Assembly: GCA_003427395.1 (NCBI GenBank)
Contig: BFEA01000028.1
Coordinates: 2,395,112-2,459,111, forward strand
DNA from: Chara braunii
Taxonomy: Eukaryota; Plantae; Charophyceae
Direction: 5' to 3'
Length of the DNA stretch: 64,000 nt
This document shows positions 24,689 to 34,648 of this stretch, piece after piece. The notes under the pieces are model-generated. The model ran no database searches. It saw nothing but the letters and a program-made list of their open reading frames with translations, and had not been told where the DNA came from. The first letter of the stretch is position 1. Every line of letters starts with the position of its first letter. The translations under genes and the position numbers were made by a program.

Positions 24689-25087
24689 AGCCCCTGCGCC
24701 TGAACCCGGCGCCGATAGCGTCTAGGTTCAGGCATATATAGAGAGAGAGAGAGGGGGAGAGAGGGAGAGGGAGAGAGAGCGAGAGGGAGAGAAAAAGAGA
24801 GAGGAAGGGTACCTACCCTACCTACCTACCTACCTATCTGGTTGACCCCGTGGTACTTCCAACGATGGGATGACCAAAATCGAAGGAATCTACCCCAAGG
24901 ACAAGGGGAGATTCACGCTACAGATAGAAAAGGTAAGTTGTTGTTTTTTTTGCTTTCTTCTTTTGTTTTTGTTTGTTTCTTTTTCTTCGTTTTTTTAGCT
25001 CGCCCACGTCACGTGGCCGTTGGCGTATAGAAAGCAGGGGAAAACGGGGAAGGATGAAACGAAATAAACAAAGAAACTGTAAAAAAA

Positions 25088-25118
<31 letters not shown>

Positions 25119-26244
25119 GAGGCAGCTGCCTCGTGGAAACAAAAACGAAAAAAAACAGCCTTTTCGGCTGTGTGGGAGCAGAAAGGCTCCCCACCCCATT
25201 CAGGGCGAATATTTGAGGCCGCGAGATTTTAAATCTTGCGGCTCACGATGCGCGCATGAGAATGGGATTGTGAAGTTGGTTGAAGAGAGGAAGGGAGGAG
25301 GGACGTGAGAAATGGGAGAGGGAGGTCCTACTCCTCCCAGCCTGCCAACTGCCCTCCCCGTTTTTAGGGGAGGGTAGCAAAAAGTTAGGGAGGACTGTAG
25401 CATGCAACTGCATGAACCTGTCTGAGAGAATGGCCAGGCGCATGCAGTTAGAATAGTTTTTTTTTTTTTTTTTTTCTTCTTTATTTTTTTGAGGACACTT
25501 GTCCTCACGTGGTGCTACCTCTGGCAGAAACTGCCAGAGGTAACTGTCAGGCTCCCGTTTTTGAAGGGAGCTTGAAAATTGAAGGGCCACTAAGGAAAAG
25601 GCTAGGTGCAGCCTATTCCCTGATGTATCTGCCCTGGGAAAAGGGTCCAGATACATCAAATTGTAAGGGGTTGTATCTCTCCAACCCTTTATCAGAAAAA
25701 TAAAGGAAAAACAGATTTAGAAATGGTAGAAGCCCAGCTATCTCGTGAGATTCCGAGATAGCTGGGAAAAAGAAAAGAAAAATAAAATAAGGGCAATTAA
25801 AGAAACTGCCCCACACTAAGGCTGTGGCTGTGGTGCGACCACAGTCAGCCCTGGATCTTGGCAGATCAAGGGCTCACAGTGAGCCCGCGATTTTGCCTCG
25901 GGGCTGGAGTGACGTCCAGCCCTCCTCAGCCAATATAAAACAGGCAGTTGCCCCCCAGCTGCCACACAATGCAATCGTGATGCCAGTGTGTGACGAGCAC
26001 ACTTGAGTATTGCTGGTTGCTGGAGCTGCTGCCTGAGGCAACGTGAGGAGAGGCTGGAGGTCTGCAGAGGAGCGCAAGGAGAAGAACTGGGCAGCCATAG
26101 CTAAGGCAGGGGGCACTCTGCTCCCCTCCCCTCTGGCTGGTGTTGGTCCCACGGGACAGACCCAGTGGCGCTGTGGGACTACGGCAGTACGGCACAGTGA
26201 AATTTAGGCCTGGGGCCCAAATTTTACTAATTTTGGCCTGCTAT

Positions 26245-26610
26245 TTTTTTTCGGCAGCGGTACGGAGGTGTTGTCGAAATTCTGCGGCGGCGGCACGGGT
26301 TTTTACAACAGCGATATGGAGGTGCTGCCAAAATTTTGCGGCGGTAGTTCTGGTTTTCTCGGCGGTGATGCGGAAGCGCTGCCCGGATTTTGCGGCGGCG
26401 GTTCTGGTTTTCTCGACGGTGGTGCGGAAGCTCTGCCGGATTTTTGCGGCGGCGGTTCTCGTTTTCTCGGCGGTGATGCGAAACCACTGCCGGATTTTTG
26501 CGGCGGAGGTTCTGGATTTTTTCGGCGGTGGTACGGAAGCGCTGTCGGATTTTTGCGGCGGCAACTCCGGTTTTAACGGCGGCAGTGCGAAAGCGCTGCC
26601 GGATTTTGTT
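26245..26610. repeat. 54-bp GC-rich minisatellite (~6.5 copies) inside A3
   Basis: Unit ggttttctcggcggtgatgcggaagcgctgccggatttttgcggcggcggttct. Produces 18-aa periodic ORFs in several frames. Confidence 0.85.
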
Positions 26611-27917
26611 TGCAGCGTCAGTATCGGATTCTTGCAGCGACGACACTATTTTCACGACAGTAACGACAATATTTTTGCACTAAGTGGAGGTGGGACATTG
26701 ACACAGAGGAGGTGCGTCTAAGCGGTGTTTTATTTTGAAGTGGCGTGAGGGTGACGCCGCTGAGACGCCGTGCTTTAAAACCAAGTGGCGGTAACAAGAA
26801 AACGCCACCAGGTTTTTGGGAGGCGATCGGTGCTGAGAAGGTACTCTGGCAAGCGATCGTCAAAGGAAGTGGTGTCGATCACTTTGGTGGCGACTGGGTG
26901 CGACAACCTTCTCGTCGGGAGAGCGTACTTCTATACGGTTTTCTTGGGTATACCGTTCAACTTCACTCAAGGTCAGTTAACCTGATTCAGTTCCCTTCAC
27001 ACCTGTGTGAACCCGCACTTGCTTGACCTTAACTCTCTTAACGTTCATTGAAAAGGAAAAGGAAATGTGTGTTAGCGTGTGTTATGAGGAGTCTGGCGAT
27101 GGCAAAGGAATGTATGGTGGTATGTGTGATCTGGCTTTGATTGCAGGTACAACATGTGGGCTGAGATGGATGAGGGTGATGATGGTGGAAGAATGGTTAT
27201 TTTCTCACCTTTTTACTTATGACTGCGTGTAAACTAAAGGGAAAAGAAGACGACGAAAATGAAGCGGGCACAAAGAAGAGAAGCGCAATTTAACTTAGAC
27301 TTTTTCCCGAGGTCACCAATTATTTCGCGAATGACCCTTTCTATCTACGCTTGTCCATCTGAATGATCCTTTCTTTACAATTATCTTTTTCCTTCGTCTA
27401 AGTTGCTCCTAACGTCAGGCGGCAAGAGTTTCTTTGCCCATCGTGTAGATATTTTTCCTTTTCCTATGAGGCATCTGGGGCGGGGGTTCGTTGCCTTAGG
27501 GGCCGGCCCTGTTATCGACTCAGAGTGGACCGCTTTGCGGGGGGGTACCATGCTGTTGCGGTGGAGTCAGCCCGACTTCTGAGTTCCGACGTTCACTCGG
27601 ACGAGGACGAGGGGTATCCCAGACCACCTCCTAGGGGGATGGATAAAAGCATCTTCACGAAAGGACTTTAAGTTCTTGATGCCTTGCGTAAGGAGAAACT
27701 GCCATAGCACTCATTTTGTGGCCGTTCTAATGAGCCACTGACGTATGGGGAATTGGTGCCACAAGCAGCTCATTTCGTATCCTACTATCCAAACGGAGTG
27801 TATTTAGATATTCTCGACGTGGCTGGCCGTGCCATAAGAAGCACGGGCCAGAAGGAAGGTAAATGTTTTAGTAATACTTAGTTGTAACTTGATCACTTTT
27901 GTCTTCACTTCGTTCAG

Positions 27918-29006
27918 ATGGTTGTGGGAACGACGGTCTGCTACCTTTTCCACAATCGTGATGCAGCGGCGGAACGGGTCGAGTCTCGGAGACTTAATGG
28001 AGAGAGATTAGAGAGGATAGGACGGTTCGTCTACAATCCTTATGAATTATACTCTGAGGAGGACGTCCCGCGGTTCTGGGGAGACAGTGCTCGAAATCCC
28101 CCTAGACGACTTATTTTTAGTTTAAGAACCGGACTGGACATCCTACACTATGAGTTTGCGCCACCACTGCCCAAGCGTGATTTCGCTAATATGAACTTAG
28201 TGGCGATGTAGCCATACGAGATTAATCCACGAATGAACGAGATCCCCGAGATAAAGCCGACGTTCATTCGTTGCGTACTGTGGTTGAACGAACGACAGGG
28301 GTATTTCTTCGGCATATATCACACAAGGCGGGTGCGGGCAAACAGGTTCAGTATTCTACGAGTTGAACCTTTCTCTGAGTATGCATGGCAGGATGAGGAG
28401 GACGAACTCGAGGAAGGAGTACGTGACTAATGTAATTTCTGTTCTGACACGCAGATGCCTGGAGCACGACGAGACTTGACGACCCTGAGGTACCTGCTAG
28501 TTCGCAACACACATGAGGTCGATCTTATCAAAGGAGCGAAGCAACTTTTACGGGTTCGAGCCGGTTCTCCTACGGAATGGACTGGCTTCATCGGATTATT
28601 ACGAAACGGCGAGGGATTTTTTCCCACTACTCGCACGGATTTCCGGGCAAATACGGTTCGGACTCAGGATGAGTTTTTCACATATACCTTGTATTTCCAC
28701 CGCGTGAGTAATCTCCAATGTCTCTCACGAGTCATTGTGAGTATCACGATTACCTCGTCCAGCAGACGTTTCGGCGCCATCCGGATCCGGGATACTGAGA
28801 CCAGACACGTGTTTGGACTCAGTCGGCCTTTCCGAATCATAGTATGGAGACTAGCCTCACAGATGACCTCCCTATATGGTACTCAGATTTTTAGAGTCAT
28901 GCGAAGAGGGCGAGCGACAACCCTGGTACTTGACAACGACGAGTGTGCGCGTTTGGATTTGTTGGAGGCACAGGTGCGCGGAGGACGACATAGTTACCAG
29001 GGTTAG
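27918..29006 (+). pseudogene. Decayed cargo ORF of unknown function in A3 (~362 codons), probably with an upstream exon
   Basis: ORFs 27918-28211, 28233-28430 and 28455-29006 are all in one frame, separated by single TAG and TAA stops. They are preceded by an AT-rich GT..AG intron candidate (27859-27917). No recognisable domain. Confidence 0.55.
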
Positions 29007-29769
29007 ACTCCGTTTTTTGAAAATCTTACTCAGATTCCAGAAAACCTCTTGCATAGACCAAATCCCGTCGAGAAAGTCATATGATTATGACTTCACGAGG
29101 TAATCTCAAAAACAAAAACAAAAACACTTTATGTAGTTAGGACCGCCGGATGGATAGTATTCGGATTACCCCGATGATTTCACTATCATGCTTATGCATT
29201 GAGGGGTAATCGTTCGCATAAAAACAAGCGGAATAAAGTGAAAAGCGAGACATCTGAAAAGAGATGCAAAGCGTAGTAATGAGAACGAGGTAGTGAGAGA
29301 CGGAGCATTTCTTTGTTGAGTTACTTGGGGTTGGAGATGAATACTTCGTCATTCGTGGAACATAAAAAGTAATTATTGTCCAAGAGGACAAAACGACCAA
29401 CAAAGTTTTCACACACTTCTTCAAGTAGGTGCATGGTACGGAAATGTGGTCGGACCAAAAATTCAAACATCGACCAGGAATCAAATCACTTGTTGATCTG
29501 CATGGTACCAGTGATATTTACTTGCAGAAGATAATCATGACGAGTTTTAGTAGTCATGATAGGAAGATCAGTCTTAGTTTATTTCTTTAATTTATAGTCT
29601 TGGAGTGACAATATAAAAGTTTTTCAGTCATACAGGTTGAAAAAGAGACACTTTGGCAAATCAGCTCATCAAGTTCATGATTTGGATTGTGTGATTTTAT
29701 TTTAAGGTATAGGGATTTTTATTGTTTGATTGCTAGAGACTAAAGATTGTTTTCACACTTGGTTGAGAC

Positions 29770-30225
29770 TGTCCTAGTCGAACGGCGTAGGCTTCGTACT
29801 TGGGAGATCAGCGCCCCAGGGAACGAACGGCGTTCAGGTTCATTCGGCAATTGCCAAACATTTCCTAGACTGCAGCGAGACGAGCAAACACCCTCGGTTG
29901 ATCTACCTCTGCGATCGCATTTAAAAGCCTTTGTACGTGGGTCAGTAGCTCGGTAGGGATACACCCCTAAGGGTGGTGACAGCCCCTTAGGGATGCAATT
30001 TTATGCCCCGCGAAAACCTATCCTGTCGTAGGGGACCGCGAGATGTACAGCTGGCGCACCCGGCTAGAGCGGCGAAGGAGCGATGCAACCACGTCCGTCT
30101 CGGCGGCTCGCGGAAAGTTATGCGTCGATCCTTAGTTGTGTCTTGAAGTTATGTTTTAGGTAAACTCCTGCGTGACATGCCCGGGAGGGCCCTCGTTTTT
30201 CGCGCGAGGGCCGATGCGCTCGACA
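29770..30225 (+). ncRNA. Putative structured 3'-terminal RNA module of family A
   Basis: Conserved in A2 (10411-10711), A4 (31135-31440), A5 (34340-34644) and partly A1 (1-75). Contains covarying helices and a G-GUGA-C GNRA-type loop. Confidence 0.6.
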
Positions 30226-30346
30226 GCGTACAGGAAGACGTGTACGCACAACCCCCGTACACATACGTCGTTCAACCCATAATAATAATAATAATAATAA
30301 TAATAAGCGAATAATAATGATAATAAGACAATAATAATCGTAATAG

Positions 30347-30619
30347 CTAGGCTACCAGCGTGGTCCGGGGACACTTGCCTGGCCGACCCGAGCCAAAAAT
30401 ATTTAAAAAATAAATAAATAAATAAATAAAAATATTTTTTATTTGGAAAATTTTGAATAATTTTGATGTGACCTTGGAGCAAACGTTGTTCAGTTTATTT
30501 TCCTGCATAACATAGTTTTTTGTGGAGTTTTTTTTTTTTTTTTTTTTTTTGGTGAGATTTTCCCTGGTCCTTGCGCGGGCTGGCCACCCAGGATCCAGGC
30601 AGCCCGGCTGGTAGCCTAA
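30347..30619. mobile_element. hAT-like MITE
   Basis: TIR CTAGGCTACCAGC / GCTGGTAGCCTAA. Flanks cgtaatag/ggtaatag match at 7 of 8 bases. Confidence 0.7.
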
Positions 30620-30754
30620 GGTAATAGTGTAATTAGTAAAAAAAAAACATAATGATAATAATAAGAAAAATAAGAATAATATCAATATTCATGATGATAA
30701 CAGTAACAATAATAATAATAATAATAACGAAAATAATAATAATAATAATAATAT

Positions 30755-30909
30755 TGTGACCCTGAGGCAAAAATTTTCATTTTATTTTTCTGCATAATGT
30801 AGTGTTTTTTCGGATTTCTTAAAGTTTTTTTTTTGGGGGGGGGGGGACCTTCCTTGGTCTTTGTACAGCCTGGCCACCCGAAACCCGAGCAGCCCGACTG
30901 GTAGCCTAG
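30755..30909. mobile_element. Right end of a hAT-like MITE of the same family
   Basis: Ends CGACTGGTAGCCTAG, similar to 30470-30619. Embedded in (TAA)n. Confidence 0.55.
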
Positions 30910-30917
30910 TAATAATA

Positions 30918-31001
<84 letters not shown>

Positions 31002-31134
31002 GTGGTAATAATCCGTCAACTATTTTGAATGATCTTGCAAGGAGCAAGGGATCAAAGAAAAGAAAGACGTATTATTGATGTATCACTTGTCAGAGATCTT
31101 TCCCCATTTCACTTATTTTCTCCCTTCACTTTTT

Positions 31135-32705
31135 GAGTGCGCCAGTCATACCTCTCGCGACCCCCTACGACATGATAGGGTCACGTGAGGTACAACTTAC
31201 CTCCACTTGCGGGAGCTGACACCATCCCTTAAGTGGGCGTATCCTCGCCGAGCTACCAGTCCACACTACGAAAGTTTTTACATGCAATCGCACTGGTGGA
31301 CTAGCCGAGGGCGTTTTCTCGTGTGTTGTAGCATAGGGGGTACAAGTGGTCGCACTCCTCTATCAGACCCATACGCGAGCTTACGCACTGGGGGGCTAAA
31401 GTCCCAAGCGCGATTTGTCGCCAGTCAACTAGGACGCATCCTTTTTACCACGCGTTACACCACGCAAAAAATAAAGAATTAAGTTACTCACACAAACACT
31501 CCTAGTCCTTTTATCATCCAGCCCATAACCTTCTCAACACTGAATCAGTTAGGCGTCATGCACGAAACTCATAATAAATATCGTGCGGGCGCAGACTTGC
31601 TCATATCGACTAGTCCTGTTTGAATAAAAAAATAGTCTCAATGATGGTGTACTCTGTAGTACTCATAAGCGCGTGGCTCTCAACGGTTTCGAGGGTCGCG
31701 TTCGACACGCAAGTGTCGGCTGACACGTGCCTTGAGGGGTTAATCTTTCGACGCTACATAACCACCAAGGCGGTTGGGAACTACACCCTCTTGTGCACCC
31801 TGCGAAGAGTGGGTGGTAGACAGGTTCAAGCCTATCGTGGAAATCGAGCATTATTGTCCTGGAGACGATCTCCTTCAACGGGAGTCTACCACCACGGACA
31901 TTAACGTCCAACTATAAAAATTAATAAGAAAAATCAATCAGAAAATAAATAGACATTAAAAAACCTACATTAAAATTAGAACTCGAGATAAGATAAAATA
32001 GAGAAAGATATGCAGATCGTGCGACACATGGTTCATTATCACTGCCTCCAAAGTAAAACTTGTACACCGAGCTCCAAATAGTAACCTGCATAAAAGACGA
32101 ACATATACGAAAGTCACATTGTCATACACCAATGTAGTAAACTTTTCTATTTCGTGTAACTCACACCACGCCTCTCACACTCAAGCCTCAAACATTGTTA
32201 AACTTTCCATTAAAACTCAACAGTTCTTTATAATGGTCATTAAAAGAAGTCCGGTTAAAAACCCTTTAAGAAACACATCAAATCCCAAGGCTAAGGCATC
32301 AAGTTGAGGTGCAAATGCAAACAAAGTTGTGTCATGAGCCGAGGAATCGGCAATCAACCAATCGACCTGTTATCAGAAGATAACAGAAAACGATCCTCGT
32401 AGGATCGACTGAACTAATCCGATCTTGAATTAAAACGACTAAGAAGGACATATTACACAACAGAGGTTAAATCTCAAATATTTAAACTTTAAGTGTATGA
32501 AGATAAATAGCCATATCACATGTCACTCAAACTCTTATAAGACCAGATCTTAAATTTATCTCTCAAATAGACCTTAGAGAATAAGGAAAATTATTGCAAC
32601 GTCTCCCCTATACAGGGTGGATCGTCAAGACTTCTCCTATCAAAATGTAATCTAACTCTTCAAAACTAAGAAAATTTCGATAGCGCTTCCCATAAGAGAA
32701 ATGTT
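31135..32705 (-). mobile_element. Family A copy A4, truncated at both ends
   Basis: Colinear with A2 10532-12500 and A1 1-1450 (terminal module, triple hairpin, first long hairpin). Confidence 0.85.
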
Positions 32706-32808
32706 TTTTTTCTAGGCTTCATTTTCATGCACACGGGCGCCCCCGGCTTGCATGGATCCTTGCACAACTGCACAGTCGTGCGGGTCCCCCGTATGGGTCC
32801 CGTGCGGC

Positions 32809-33075
32809 CACAAGCGGTTAACGGGTAGCTGGAAATTTAGGAATTAAAATTTTGAAGTGAGAGTTTTGGGCATTCTAAAAATCCTGAATGGTCAAAAAGT
32901 GGTGAAAGGTCCGAAGACCCTGAGGCAGATAGCATCCTGAAGTGGTGAGTATGTCCTGAAGTGGTGAAAGGTTCGAAGACCCTGAAAACCACCTGTTTAG
33001 GTAGGCTGCATCCTGAAGTGGTGAAGGGTGTCCTGAAGTGGTGATGAAAAATACGACTGTTGTTAACATTCTCTC
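32809..33075 (+). mobile_element. Family B copy 3 (internally deleted, no TSD)
   Basis: Same CACAAGCGGTTA and TTAACATTCTCTC ends and the same subrepeats. Confidence 0.8.
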
Positions 33076-34644
33076 TGGAATTGATAAGTAGTAAAAAATT
33101 TTCATGTAAATCAATCCACTACTTGTGTATGTCAGGACAAGAAGAAGAGAAAGGAAAAAAGAGGGTGCTTCAGCGGGAGCGACTCCAGAAGTCCTAAAAG
33201 AAGTAGACTAAAGGGCAAATACTGCAGAAATAAAAAATTAGAAAAGAAGAAGCTTCGCGTAGACCCAATTCATTAATAAACTCTTAAGGGAGGAAACGCC
33301 AATGACATGAATTGATCTCAACTAAACTACCGTGTAAGCACCGAAGGGTGTGCTTATCCACAGGAGAGAAACTGTAAGGACTGAAAGTAGGGGAAATATG
33401 GTTCCCTAAGACAACTTAAGACATAGGCAAGAAACTCCTTGAACAAAAGGAGAAGGAGGGACAAACGACTTAGGGTAGGTAGAAGCTAAGGGGTTAGACT
33501 TTGGGATGTTGATCCCAAAGCTCACATGCCAGATCTAAGGGTTTGGCCCTTAGGGATCAATATATAGGAAATCGAGTGGGGGTGTTGAATCTTTGTTGAC
33601 CTGTGTGTGTGCAGGTCCATGTTTTGATCTACTGCGATTGAAGGAAAAGTCCTACAAAGAGGACTCAATTTTTCTGTTATCTCTCGATAACAGGTCGGTC
33701 GTCGCCGATTCAACTTTTCCCCCCTTGACTTGATACCCACGTCTCAAATCAAACCCTGTGGTCAGTAACACTGTCACGTGTGGTCATTGCCTAAATGATC
33801 CGAGTCACTCTCAAGGGTGCTTTGAAAAAATGTGAGGGAGGTGGGCTTACGTTTAAGGAAAGATAGAGCTGTCATATATGGTTTGGGGAAGTGAGAAACA
33901 AGGTCAATGGTTGATGGTTGACGTCGTTAGTACATGGCATGTGAACTGTCTTTGCATTATTCTGTGTAGGTCTGTCTTGTGCGTGGTTTGGATTGAACTG
34001 GGTTTGACCTCATGAAGAGTCTTGGACACACAACACTTGTGAAAGTGGAAAGGGTTCTCGGCGCTAATACCTCTATATTCATTATCTATCCTATATAACT
34101 TTTGTAATATCTGATGTCCAGTTTAGTCATGACCTGTCAAATATAATAAAATGTCCTAGGTAGTAACATGATTTGATTGGTACCTTGGCAGGAGAACAAC
34201 ACATTTTCAAAAGCGGATAAAGACAACCTTATAAAAGTTTGACCTGAATATCTAGAAGTCCAGGATAGGGAAACACATCCTGAACCTGACTTGACTAACG
34301 GGTCAGTCTTATACATCTTACTTCTCGTACCCCATTCCTATGCTGCGACGATCGAGCAAACGCCCTCGGTCGACCTACCTCTACAAAGACATGTAAAAGC
34401 CTTCGCACGTGGACCGGTAACTCAACAGGGATACGCCTACCTAAGGGTGGTGACAACCCATTGGGTGAAGGTAAGTTGTACCTCGCGGCGCCCTGACCTG
34501 CTGTGGGGCGTCGTGAGAGGTATAGCACACGCGCACGGTCGGAGTGGTGACTGGTTTTTTCAATAACTCTGGAGAAACATCCTGCGTAACACGACCGTGA
34601 GGTTCAATGCTCCCCAACAGGGTGTGGGACCACCGCGCGCGACA
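33076..34644 (+). mobile_element. Family A copy A5 (divergent, 5'-truncated)
   Basis: Triple-hairpin module at 33648-33711 and terminal module at 34340-34644, ending GCGACA with right flank acgc. The left boundary is approximate. Confidence 0.7.
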
Positions 34645-34648
34645 ACGC

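Larger units (their letters stand above)
23353..30225 (+). mobile_element. Family A copy A3 (6873 bp), both ends present, interior different from A1/A2
   Basis: Starts TGTCGGGGCAAATACCCTCACAAGGGTATTT and ends ...GCTCGACA. Flanks are gtgt (23349-23352) and gcgt (30226-30229). The first ~700 bp are homologous to A1 and the last ~450 bp to A1/A2/A4/A5. Confidence 0.88.
22811..30279. mobile_element. MITE-like TIR element (~0.6 kb) interrupted by A3
   Basis: Imperfect TIR tgggtagaaagccgtacg / catacgtcgttcaaccca set in (TAA)n. The interior 22860-23300 is an inverted repeat related to the MITE at 56160-56880. A3 is inserted near the right end. Confidence 0.6.

Noticed and set aside
26140-26721. 193-aa and overlapping repeat ORFs
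   Set aside because: Open frames on both strands arise from the 54-bp stop-poor minisatellite.
22258-30909. One composite hAT element bounded by 14/15-matching TIRs
   Set aside because: Flanks taaataac and taataata are not a convincing TSD, so the ends may belong to separate MITEs.
33768-33775. acac|TGTC as the 5' end of an 873-bp mini element matching the acgc flank at 34645
   Set aside because: Family A homology (triple hairpin 33648-33711) continues upstream of this point, so the match is probably chance.
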